Positions 44,515 to 53,180 of a DNA stretch of 64,000 nt are shown here, piece by piece. Every line of letters starts with the position of its first letter. Position 1 is the stretch's first letter. Both the position numbers and the translations under genes were made by a program. The notes under the pieces were generated by a model. The model did not search any database. It was not told where the DNA came from and saw only the letters and a list, made by a program, of their open reading frames with translations. Source of the DNA: Gemmatimonadota bacterium (GTDB taxonomy: Bacteria > Gemmatimonadota > Gemmatimonadetes > Palauibacterales > KS3-K002); the NCBI GenBank assembly GCA_020344015.1, contig CP070812.1:2068092-2132091 (forward strand), read 5' to 3'.

Positions 44515-46563
44515 ATGATTCGGTACGTGACGTTGTCCCTAGTCTTCGCCGTGATGGCGAGCTCGGCCGCGCTGGCCCAGGACTACGCGCCGCTGCTCGA
44601 TGCGGGTAGGCGCAACCTGCTGCACGAGGAGTTGAGCGGTGATATCGCTAAGGATCACGTCATCCAGATTACCCGCCACCATCGGATCCAGGGTTCCCGC
44701 GGCTACCGAGACGCTGCGCAGTATGTGCTGGAGCAGTTACGCGCCTACGGGTTCGATGAGGACGAGGCTTGGATCGAGTCGTACCCGTCCGACGGAAAGA
44801 TCCATTACGGGACCTGGCAGGCGCCGTCGGGCTGGGACATCGACTTCGCGGCATTACGGATGGTCGAGCCTTACGACTGGCGGATCGTCGGCTATCCCGA
44901 GGTCGCGATGAGCCTGATCACTTACTCCAACCCCGGCGACGTGACGGCCGAACTGGTTTGGGTGGGCTCGGGCACCCGCGACTCGGACTACGAAGGCAAG
45001 GACGTACGCGGGAAGTTCGTGCTGGCGACGGGCTACGGCGGCAGCGTCCATCGGCTGGCGGTGGTCAAGTACGGCGCGGCGGCTGTGGTCTGTTACCTGG
45101 ACGACGACCGGGCCAAGGAATACCCCGACATGCTGGCGTACACCGGTATGTGGCCGCTACCCGAGGAGCTGGAGCACGTCACCTTCGGGTTCAACCTGAC
45201 CAACCGCCAGGGCGAGCGGCTGCGGGGGATGCTGGAAGCGGGGCAGCGCGTGGTACTGCACGGCCGCGCGTCGGGGATCGGGCTCGAGCCGTACTACATG
45301 GACGTGGTGGTGGCGCGGGTCGCGGGCTCGGAGGCGCCGGACGAAGAGCTGGTCATCGCCGCGCACCTCGATCACCCGAAGGAGTCGGCGAACGACAACG
45401 CCAGTGGCTCCGCCGCCCAGCTGGACATGGCTCGGGCGTTGAACACTTTGATCGATGGGGGGCGGCTGCCGCGGCCGAAGCGCTCGCTGCGTTTCCTCTG
45501 GGTGCCCGAGTGGCACGGGACGATGGCCTATATCGAGGAGCACCCGGAGATGGTCGGGCCGGCGCTGGGCGGCACCTACCTGGCCCACATCAACCTCGAC
45601 ATGGTCGGCGAGCATCTGGAGCTGCTCCACTCGCGGATGAACATCACGAGCACGCCGTGGTCGGCCCCGTCGGCATTGAACGATGTCGTGGAGAACATGG
45701 CGCAGATGACGGCTCGGTTGAACGTACGGTCGCCGCGGGGCAGCCTCTCGATGATGAACTTCCAGCTGACGCCGTACGGTGGCGGCAGCGATCATATGAT
45801 GTTCATCGATCGGGATATCCCGGGGATGATGATCGGGCACTCCGACTACACGCATCACACCTCGGAGGACACGCCGGATAAGGTCGACCCCGTGGAGCTG
45901 GAGCGCAGCGAGATCATCGCGATGGCTTCGCTGCTATACCTGTCGGATCTAACGGAGTCCGAGGCGCTCGATCTGGCTTACCTGGTGGGTGCCAACGCCG
46001 CCGGTCGGCTGGGTGCAGCGGCGCGGCGGGCGCGGCGACAGATGGTCGCCGCCCTCGAGGATACACCCGACGTCGCCTGGTTCGAGGCCCGCAACACGGT
46101 CGCGGAGGCGGCGGCAACGGAGCGCGAGGCGGTAAGCTCTATACTGCACTTCAACGGCGCGGAATCGGTGCGGGGTGTGGTGCGTACGATCCAGGAGCAG
46201 ATCGATGCGCGGGAGCTGGCTTTGATCGCGGCGTTGGACCGGGAAGCAATATCACTGGGTGGCACGAGTCCAACGCGCGGCGAAGAGATAGACGCACGCA
46301 TTCCGCTGCGCCTGACTCGGGGGCCGCTCGATTTCGCGCTGCCGGCGAGCAAGCTGTCGGAAGGCGAAGCGGCGTGGTACTCGTCGCGCCAGTTCACGCT
46401 CTCGGGGAACGCCCGCTTCGAGCTGGTCAACTTCATCGATGGTACGCGCTCGGTGACAGCGATCCGCGACGCTATAAGCGCCGAGTTCCGGCCGGTATCG
46501 ACCGCGGTAGTGGCGCGGTACCTGGATGACCTCGTGAAGGTCGGGCTAGTCGACTGGAAGTGA
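44515..46563 (+). CDS. M28-family zinc peptidase (PA/M28 with C-terminal extension), secreted
   Basis: Signal peptide after the ATG at 44515. 'AAHLDHP…DNASGSAAQLDMARAL' and 'NLDMVG' M28 metal-binding motifs. Confidence 0.75.
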   Translation: MIRYVTLSLVFAVMASSAALAQDYAPLLDAGRRNLLHEELSGDIAKDHVIQITRHHRIQGSRGYRDAAQYVLEQLRAYGFDEDEAWIESYPSDGKIHYGTWQAPSGWDIDFAALRMVEPYDWRIVGYPEVAMSLITYSNPGDVTAELVWVGSGTRDSDYEGKDVRGKFVLATGYGGSVHRLAVVKYGAAAVVCYLDDDRAKEYPDMLAYTGMWPLPEELEHVTFGFNLTNRQGERLRGMLEAGQRVVLHGRASGIGLEPYYMDVVVARVAGSEAPDEELVIAAHLDHPKESANDNASGSAAQLDMARALNTLIDGGRLPRPKRSLRFLWVPEWHGTMAYIEEHPEMVGPALGGTYLAHINLDMVGEHLELLHSRMNITSTPWSAPSALNDVVENMAQMTARLNVRSPRGSLSMMNFQLTPYGGGSDHMMFIDRDIPGMMIGHSDYTHHTSEDTPDKVDPVELERSEIIAMASLLYLSDLTESEALDLAYLVGANAAGRLGAAARRARRQMVAALEDTPDVAWFEARNTVAEAAATEREAVSSILHFNGAESVRGVVRTIQEQIDARELALIAALDREAISLGGTSPTRGEEIDARIPLRLTRGPLDFALPASKLSEGEAAWYSSRQFTLSGNARFELVNFIDGTRSVTAIRDAISAEFRPVSTAVVARYLDDLVKVGLVDWK

Positions 46564-46593
46564 CGTGACGAACCAACAGACTGGGTGACTCTA

Positions 46594-49158
46594 ATGTCTC
46601 GCATCCTAATCTCCATCGGATTGTGCCTGTGCAACTTCACCACAGGCGGCTACGCGCAGCAGCATCTCGTGGCACTCTACGATTCGGCGTACTACGCCTG
46701 GGACGCCGGCGACTACCACGACGCGCTGGAACGCCTCGAGCGCTTGTTGAGCGACCCGGCCGGAGCCGAGTTCGTTGAACGGGTCGCGCTGCTCACGGGC
46801 GAACTGTACCGGGTTGAAGAGCTCGCCGCGGACGGCCGAGCGGTACGCTGGAGTCCCGATGGACGGTTCGCCGTCTACGAGACGGGGGTGGGAGCGGAGA
46901 CCGTGACGCACATCCTCGCGGTGGGCGAGGAGGGCGTGCGCCGGCTGGCAGAGGTGAGTGGGCGCGGTCTGGCTTTTGCGCCGGGCGGAGATCGTGTGGC
47001 CTACCTTGTGGTCGAGGAGTCGCCCGAGCTCGAGGCAGCGCGCGCGGAGCTGCGCGGCAGCCTCGAGGTCCGCGACTACGCGAGCTACAGGCGGCTGCGC
47101 AGCGAGCTGGTGCGGCTCGATGCGGAGCACTCGAGAGTCGTTCTCCGGGACCTGGGGACGGGCGTAGAACAGGAAGTGGCGGCGCCGGGGCTGGGGAAGT
47201 CCGAGGTCATTTTCGGCCCCGACGGCGCATCGCTCTACCTGACGGGCAACGAGGTCGGCGAGCGCGAGCGAACCGACATATATGAAGTGCGTCCCGGGTC
47301 GGAACCGGTAGCGATCACGACGGGCCCGGGCCTGAAGGAGCGTCCCGTACTCGTACTGGGCGGCGAAGCGCTCGCCTATCAGAGCGGTGGCAACCTGGCG
47401 CTCGTCGACCTTGATGGGCGGTCGACGCGAACGATCGCGGCGCCGGCGCCGGCGATCTCGGCGGATGGCTCGACGATCGCGTATCTCAGCGCGGACGGTG
47501 ACATGACGGTACTCAACGTGCTGTCGTTGTCGCCCGGAGCTGAGCCGGCCGCAGCTGTGCGGACAGGGTACAGGCTGGCGGCCAGCGTGAGCAGTGCTTG
47601 CGCGGTGTGTCCGGAGCTACGGAGCTACGCGCTGTCGCCGGACGGGGGTCGTGTAGCCTTCCAGATGATGACTCGCGAGGATTGGGAGCTCTATGTGACG
47701 GAGGTCGCCGGGGCTGGTGAAGTGCGTCTCACGCACGGGATCGAGCACGATCTGTTCCCGCAGTTCTTGGATGAGGAAAGGATCATAGGGCTGGCCGGCG
47801 AAGGACGCCATCGCAGGGCTTACCTGTACAACACGAGCACGGGAGAGCGAACGCGCGTCTTCCACAACAACACCGTTCGCACGATCGCTCCGCAATACGA
47901 ATGGGCGGTGAGTCCGGACGGTTCCAAGATGTTGATCGTGGCCGAGCGGGATGGAAACACGGTGTCGCCGGAGCGGGGCGTCTACCTGGTCGACCTGGAG
48001 CGCAGGGTCTCGTTGCAAGATGTGTTGGAGCGGGTCCGCGCCAACCTGGCTGCCGAGCGCGAGCTGCGCCGGCGCGGGCAAGAGATGTTCGCCCCGGTGG
48101 CCGACGTGGTGGGGCTTGCCGTGGCGGACGTCAGTACCGCCCGGATCTACGAGTACGAGCGAGAGCTGTTCCGCTTCGGATCCAAGCACATAACGCGGCC
48201 GGGTAACGCACAGGCCATCGAGTATCTGACCGCGCAGCTCCGCTCGTTCGGGTACGAACCGGAGCTTCAGTGGTTCGAGCCGCGTCCCGGTACGCGGTCG
48301 GCGAACGTGGTGGCGGTACTCGAGGGGAGCGTGAATCGGGACGTCAAGTACGTTGTCAGCAGTCACTTCGACTCGTCGACCCGAGGGCCCGGCGCCGATG
48401 ACAACACGTCGGGTACGGTGGCGCTACTGGAGGCGGCGCGGGTGCTGGCGGAGCGCCCGCAGTCGGCGACCATCCAGTTCGCGTTTCTCACAGGCGAAGA
48501 GGCGGGGCTGCTCGGCAGCCGCGAGTATGTGCGGCGAGCGGCGGAGGCGGGCGGCCAAATCGTTGGAGTGCTAAACAACGACATGGTGGGCTTCGCCGAC
48601 GATCACCGGCTCGACAACACGATCCGCTACTCGAACGCCGGTCTGCGTGACCTGCAGCATGCGGCGGCTTTTCTGTTCACCGAGCTGATCACCTACGATG
48701 CGGAGTACTTCAGGGGAACGGACGCGCACTCGTTCTACGACGCGTTCGGCGATATTACAGGCGGCATAGGCTCGTACCCGGTCCTGTCGAGCCCGCACTA
48801 TCACCAGGTGCACGACGTGCTGGAGACGGTCAACCATCAGCTGATAACGGAGGTGAGCAAGACGACGGTAGCTTCCGTCATGCTGATGGCTTCGAGCCCG
48901 TCGCGGGTCAGGGATCTCGAGCTGGTGTCGCGGGCCGGTTCGAGCGTGGAGTTGCGCTGGGCGCCTGCCTTGGAGCGGGACGTGGAGTCGTATGTTGTCT
49001 ACAGTGGCCCGTCGCTGGGCGAGCTGCAGTTGGTGCGCAGCGTGAGCGTGCCGGGTGTGTCGCTGAGCGATGCAGAGCGGGGAACGGTGGTGGCCGTGAA
49101 GGCGGTGAACGGGCGCGGTCTGGCGGGCTGGGATTGGGCCTGGCTGGCCGTGGAATAA
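46594..49158 (+). CDS. PD40/TolB-like beta-propeller - M28 peptidase - Fn3-like multidomain protein, secreted
   Basis: 'SPDGRFAVYE' and 'SPDGSKMLIV' PD40 repeats. 'SSHFDS…DDNTSGTVALLEAARVLAE…FAFLTGEEAGLLGS' M28 core. A beta-sandwich C-terminal tail. Confidence 0.7.
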   Translation: MSRILISIGLCLCNFTTGGYAQQHLVALYDSAYYAWDAGDYHDALERLERLLSDPAGAEFVERVALLTGELYRVEELAADGRAVRWSPDGRFAVYETGVGAETVTHILAVGEEGVRRLAEVSGRGLAFAPGGDRVAYLVVEESPELEAARAELRGSLEVRDYASYRRLRSELVRLDAEHSRVVLRDLGTGVEQEVAAPGLGKSEVIFGPDGASLYLTGNEVGERERTDIYEVRPGSEPVAITTGPGLKERPVLVLGGEALAYQSGGNLALVDLDGRSTRTIAAPAPAISADGSTIAYLSADGDMTVLNVLSLSPGAEPAAAVRTGYRLAASVSSACAVCPELRSYALSPDGGRVAFQMMTREDWELYVTEVAGAGEVRLTHGIEHDLFPQFLDEERIIGLAGEGRHRRAYLYNTSTGERTRVFHNNTVRTIAPQYEWAVSPDGSKMLIVAERDGNTVSPERGVYLVDLERRVSLQDVLERVRANLAAERELRRRGQEMFAPVADVVGLAVADVSTARIYEYERELFRFGSKHITRPGNAQAIEYLTAQLRSFGYEPELQWFEPRPGTRSANVVAVLEGSVNRDVKYVVSSHFDSSTRGPGADDNTSGTVALLEAARVLAERPQSATIQFAFLTGEEAGLLGSREYVRRAAEAGGQIVGVLNNDMVGFADDHRLDNTIRYSNAGLRDLQHAAAFLFTELITYDAEYFRGTDAHSFYDAFGDITGGIGSYPVLSSPHYHQVHDVLETVNHQLITEVSKTTVASVMLMASSPSRVRDLELVSRAGSSVELRWAPALERDVESYVVYSGPSLGELQLVRSVSVPGVSLSDAERGTVVAVKAVNGRGLAGWDWAWLAVE

Positions 49159-49197
49159 AGGGGAAACACACTGGCGCAAGCTACCCGACACTGTTAA

Positions 49198-52100
49198 TTG
49201 AGAAGTATGAGGTTGCTCCATCTCTATCGAGCGCCTGGGCTGTCGGCAGCGGTGCAGGCGGCGCTTCTGCAGATGGCGCGGCAGCGCGTCTCCCCCGACA
49301 TCCAGGCGATCGAGACCGAGTACTGCTTCAACATCGCGGCGGCGGATGAGCTGACGGCGGGCGAGTTCCAGACCCTCAGCTGGTTGCTCAGCGAGACCTT
49401 CGAGCCCGAGCGGTTCGGCGGACTGAGCTTCCTGGACCCGGGTGACGGGGTCCTGCTGGAGGTGGGCCCGCGGATGAACTTCAGTACCGCCTGGTCGACC
49501 AACGCCGTCTCGGTCTGCCACGCCTGCGGGCTGACGAAGATCCTGCGGATCGAACGCTCGCGGCGCTACCTACTGAAGGGAATCTCGAAGCTCAGCGATG
49601 AGAAGGCCTGGGCCTTCCTGTCGGAGGTCCACGACCGGATGACCGAGACCCCGTATCAAGAGCCGTTGCGCAGTTTCGAGAGCGGGGTGAGGCCGGAGCC
49701 GGTGCAGGAGATTCCGGTGCTGGAGGAGGGGCGGGCGGCCCTCGAGCGAGTCAACCGTGAGATGGGGCTCGCCTTCGACGATTGGGACCTGGAGTACTAC
49801 ACCGACCTGTTCGCCAACCGAGTCGGACGTAATCCCACCAACGTCGAATGCTTCGACATCGCTCAGTCGAACAGCGAGCACTCGCGGCACTGGTTCTTCA
49901 AGGGTCGGCTGGTCATCGACAGGGAGCCGATCGCGGCCAAGCATCTCATCGCGCTGATTAAGAGCCCGCTGGAGGCGAACCCGAACAACAGCGTGATCGC
50001 CTTCAAGGACAACTCGAGCGCGATCCGCGGCTACCCGATCCGCACGATCATACCGTCGCGGCCCGGCGAGCCGTCGGCGTTCATCGCCAGCGATCTCGAC
50101 TATCACATCATCTTCACCGCCGAGACCCACAACTTCCCATCCGGTGTGGCGCCGTTCCCCGGCGCCGAGACGGGGACCGGCGGCCGCATTAGAGACGTGC
50201 ACGCCACCGGCCAGGGCTCGCTCTACATCGCCGGCACCGCCGCATACTGCGTGGGCAACCTCCGGATCCCGGGCTACGAGCTGCCTTGGGAGAGCCCGGA
50301 CTTCGCCTATCCGGGGAACCTGGCGTCGCCGCTCGAGATCGAGATCGAGGCATCGAACGGCGCCTCCGATTACGGCAACAAGTTCGGGGAGCCGGTGATC
50401 CAGGGGTATACGCGCTCGTTCGGCATGCGGCTAACCAACGGCGAGCGACGTGAGTGGCTCAAGCCGATCATGTTCACCGGCGGCATCGGCCAGATGGACG
50501 CGCGGCACGTCGAAAAGGGCGGTCCCGAGAAAGAGATGTGGGTCGTCAAGATCGGCGGCCCGGCCTACCGGATCGGCATGGGCGGCGGCGCCGCGTCCAG
50601 CATGGTGCAGGGCGAAAACATCGAGGAGCTCGACTTCAACGCGGTACAGCGTGGCGACGCCGAGATGGAGCAGAAGGTGAACCGAGTGATCCGCGCCTGC
50701 GTCGAGCTTGGCGACCGCAACCCGATCGTCAGCATCCACGACCAGGGTGCCGGCGGTAACTGCAATGTATTGAAAGAGATAGTCGAGCCGGCGGGCGCGC
50801 GGATCGAGATCCGCGAGATACCGTTGGGCGACGAGACGCTGTCCGTGCTGGAGATCTGGGGCGCCGAGTACCAGGAGAATGACGCTCTGCTTTTGAGGCC
50901 CGAGCACGCGGACATGTTCCGTGCGTTCTGCGAGCGTGAAAAGGTCACGTACGCGTTCGTCGGCCGCATCACCGGCGACGGGAAGATCGTCGTCCACGAC
51001 GAGATCGATAACTCGAGCCCGGTGAACCTCGACCTGGACGCCGTGCTGGGCGACATGCCGCAGAAGACGTTCGAGTTCGAGCGGGTTCCGCCCAAGCTGG
51101 AGCCGCTGAAGCTGCCCGACGGCCTCAGTGTGAGGGCGGCCCTCGATCGAGTTCTGCGCCTGCTGTCGGTGGGGTCGAAGCGCTTCCTTACCACCAAAGT
51201 CGACCGGAGCGTTACCGGCCTCATCGCGCGACAGCAGTGCGCCGGCCCGCTGCAGGTAACGGTCGCTGACGTCGCCGTCATCGCCCAGAGCCACTTGGGC
51301 ACGACGGGCGCCGCCACCGCCATCGGCGAACAGCCAATCAAGGGTTTCCTGGACATGGGGGCGATGGCGCGGCTCAGCGTCGGCGAGGCGCTGACCAATC
51401 TCGTCTGGGCACAGGTGAGCGCGCTGGAGGACGTTCGCTGTTCGGGTAACTGGATGTGGGCGGCGAAACTGCCGGGCGAAGGCGCCGCGCTACACGACGC
51501 CGCGGCCGCGATGAGCGAGATGATGAAGGAGCTCGGCATAGCCGTGGACGGCGGCAAGGACAGCATCTCGATGGCCGCGCACGCGCCGGACGCATCCGGT
51601 GCGGACGAGACCGTAAAAGCGCCGGGCGAGCTGGTGATCTCCGCCTATGTGACATGTCCGGACATAACGAAGACGGTGACCCCGGATCTCAAGCTGCCTG
51701 GTGAGGGGCGTCTTCTGTATGTCGATCTGGGCGGTGGGGCTCACCGGCTGGGTGGCTCGTCGCTGGCGCACGTATACGATCAGATCGGTGAGGCGGCGCC
51801 GGATGTGGAAGACGTCGCTTTGCTGAAGCGGACCTTTAACGCCGTACAGGAGTTGATCGCGGGCGAAAAGATTTCGGCTGGCCACGATCGCAGCGACGGC
51901 GGACTGATCACGACGATCCTGGAGATGGGGTTCGCCGGCAACCACGGCGCAGAGATCGCGTTCGAGGACTCGAGTGACGCCGGCGCGATCCCGTTCCTGT
52001 TCTCCGAGGAGTTGGGGCTGGTTCTCGAGGTGAGGGCTACCGACGAAGCCGACGTTCTCGAGACCTTCCGTCGTGCGGAAGTGCCGTGTGTGGCGATCGG

Positions 52101-53148
52101 CACTACCCGCGCTGACGCGGCCGTGGTAGTGCGCTACAACGACCGCGAAGTTCTGAGCGACAACGTTCGCGACTTGAGGGACGTTTGGGAGGAGACGAGC
52201 TTCCAGCTCGACCGCTTGCAAGCCAACCCGGAATGCGTTGAGCAGGAGCGGTTGGGTCTCCGCGAGCGGACAGGTCCCAAGTTCAAGGTTCCGTTCACGC
52301 CGCAGCCGACGCCGGCGGCGATCCTGGAGGGCAAGGAGAAGATCCCCGTCGCCATCCTGCGCGAGGAGGGAAGCAACGGCGACCGCGAGATGACGTCGGC
52401 TTTCTATGCGGCGGGCTTCGAGCCCTGGGACGTGGTGATGTCGGACCTGCTCGCCGGGCGTGTCGACCTGCGGCGCTTCCGCGGCGTCGTCGGCGTCGGC
52501 GGTTTCAGTTATGCCGATGTGCTCGACTCGGCGAAAGGCTGGGCCGGCGTCATCCGGTTCAACGAAAGTCTTTGGCAGCAATTCCAGGAATTCTACGAGC
52601 GGCCTGACACGTTCAGCCTCGGGATCTGTAACGGCTGCCAGCTGCTGGCGCTACTGGGGTGGGTGCCGTGGCAGGGGATCCCGGACGAGCGGCAGCCGCG
52701 CTTCATCCAGAATGCTTCCGGTCGGTTCGAGTCGCGCTTCGTGGCGCTCAAGCTCCAGAAGAGCCCGGCGATTATGCTGCGGGGGATGGAGGGTTCGACG
52801 CTGGGCGTCTGGGTCGCGCACGGCGAAGGTCGGGCGTTCTTCCCGGACGGATCGATCCTCGAGCGCGTCCTCGAGGAAGGGCTGGCCCCGGTCCGCTTCG
52901 TCGACGACGAGGACCGGGTCACCGAAGCCTACCCGTTCAACCCCAACGGCTCGCCCCACGGTATCGCCGGCCTCACTTCGCCGGATGGCCGACACCTGGT
53001 GATGATGCCGCACCCCGAGCGCGCTTTCCTCAAGTGGCAGTGGGGTTGGATGCCGGAAGCGCTGAGGCGCGACTTGGAGGCCTCGCCCTGGCTGACGATG
53101 TTTCAGAACGCCAGGGAGTGGGCGGAGTCGGTGGCCGGGGGCCAGTAG
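49198..53148 (+). CDS. purL: Phosphoribosylformylglycinamidine synthase, single-chain large type
   Basis: 1316 aa. 'FTAETHNFPSGVAPFPGAETGTGGRIRD', 'AIGEQPIK' and a C-terminal glutaminase domain 'GICNGCQLL' with the Cys-His-Glu triad. Confidence 0.9.
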   Translation: MRSMRLLHLYRAPGLSAAVQAALLQMARQRVSPDIQAIETEYCFNIAAADELTAGEFQTLSWLLSETFEPERFGGLSFLDPGDGVLLEVGPRMNFSTAWSTNAVSVCHACGLTKILRIERSRRYLLKGISKLSDEKAWAFLSEVHDRMTETPYQEPLRSFESGVRPEPVQEIPVLEEGRAALERVNREMGLAFDDWDLEYYTDLFANRVGRNPTNVECFDIAQSNSEHSRHWFFKGRLVIDREPIAAKHLIALIKSPLEANPNNSVIAFKDNSSAIRGYPIRTIIPSRPGEPSAFIASDLDYHIIFTAETHNFPSGVAPFPGAETGTGGRIRDVHATGQGSLYIAGTAAYCVGNLRIPGYELPWESPDFAYPGNLASPLEIEIEASNGASDYGNKFGEPVIQGYTRSFGMRLTNGERREWLKPIMFTGGIGQMDARHVEKGGPEKEMWVVKIGGPAYRIGMGGGAASSMVQGENIEELDFNAVQRGDAEMEQKVNRVIRACVELGDRNPIVSIHDQGAGGNCNVLKEIVEPAGARIEIREIPLGDETLSVLEIWGAEYQENDALLLRPEHADMFRAFCEREKVTYAFVGRITGDGKIVVHDEIDNSSPVNLDLDAVLGDMPQKTFEFERVPPKLEPLKLPDGLSVRAALDRVLRLLSVGSKRFLTTKVDRSVTGLIARQQCAGPLQVTVADVAVIAQSHLGTTGAATAIGEQPIKGFLDMGAMARLSVGEALTNLVWAQVSALEDVRCSGNWMWAAKLPGEGAALHDAAAAMSEMMKELGIAVDGGKDSISMAAHAPDASGADETVKAPGELVISAYVTCPDITKTVTPDLKLPGEGRLLYVDLGGGAHRLGGSSLAHVYDQIGEAAPDVEDVALLKRTFNAVQELIAGEKISAGHDRSDGGLITTILEMGFAGNHGAEIAFEDSSDAGAIPFLFSEELGLVLEVRATDEADVLETFRRAEVPCVAIGTTRADAAVVVRYNDREVLSDNVRDLRDVWEETSFQLDRLQANPECVEQERLGLRERTGPKFKVPFTPQPTPAAILEGKEKIPVAILREEGSNGDREMTSAFYAAGFEPWDVVMSDLLAGRVDLRRFRGVVGVGGFSYADVLDSAKGWAGVIRFNESLWQQFQEFYERPDTFSLGICNGCQLLALLGWVPWQGIPDERQPRFIQNASGRFESRFVALKLQKSPAIMLRGMEGSTLGVWVAHGEGRAFFPDGSILERVLEEGLAPVRFVDDEDRVTEAYPFNPNGSPHGIAGLTSPDGRHLVMMPHPERAFLKWQWGWMPEALRRDLEASPWLTMFQNAREWAESVAGGQ

Positions 53149-53180
53149 CCGGAGGCCGGTGGTTGGTGGGCGGCACCTTC

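Noticed and set aside
44769-45881. 370-aa ORF inside the M28 peptidase gene (other frame)
   Set aside because: Gly/Arg-rich alternative frame of a gene with clear M28 motifs in the annotated frame.
50565-51566. 333-aa - strand ORF inside purL
   Set aside because: Antisense to purL, whose frame carries unambiguous FGAM synthase motifs.
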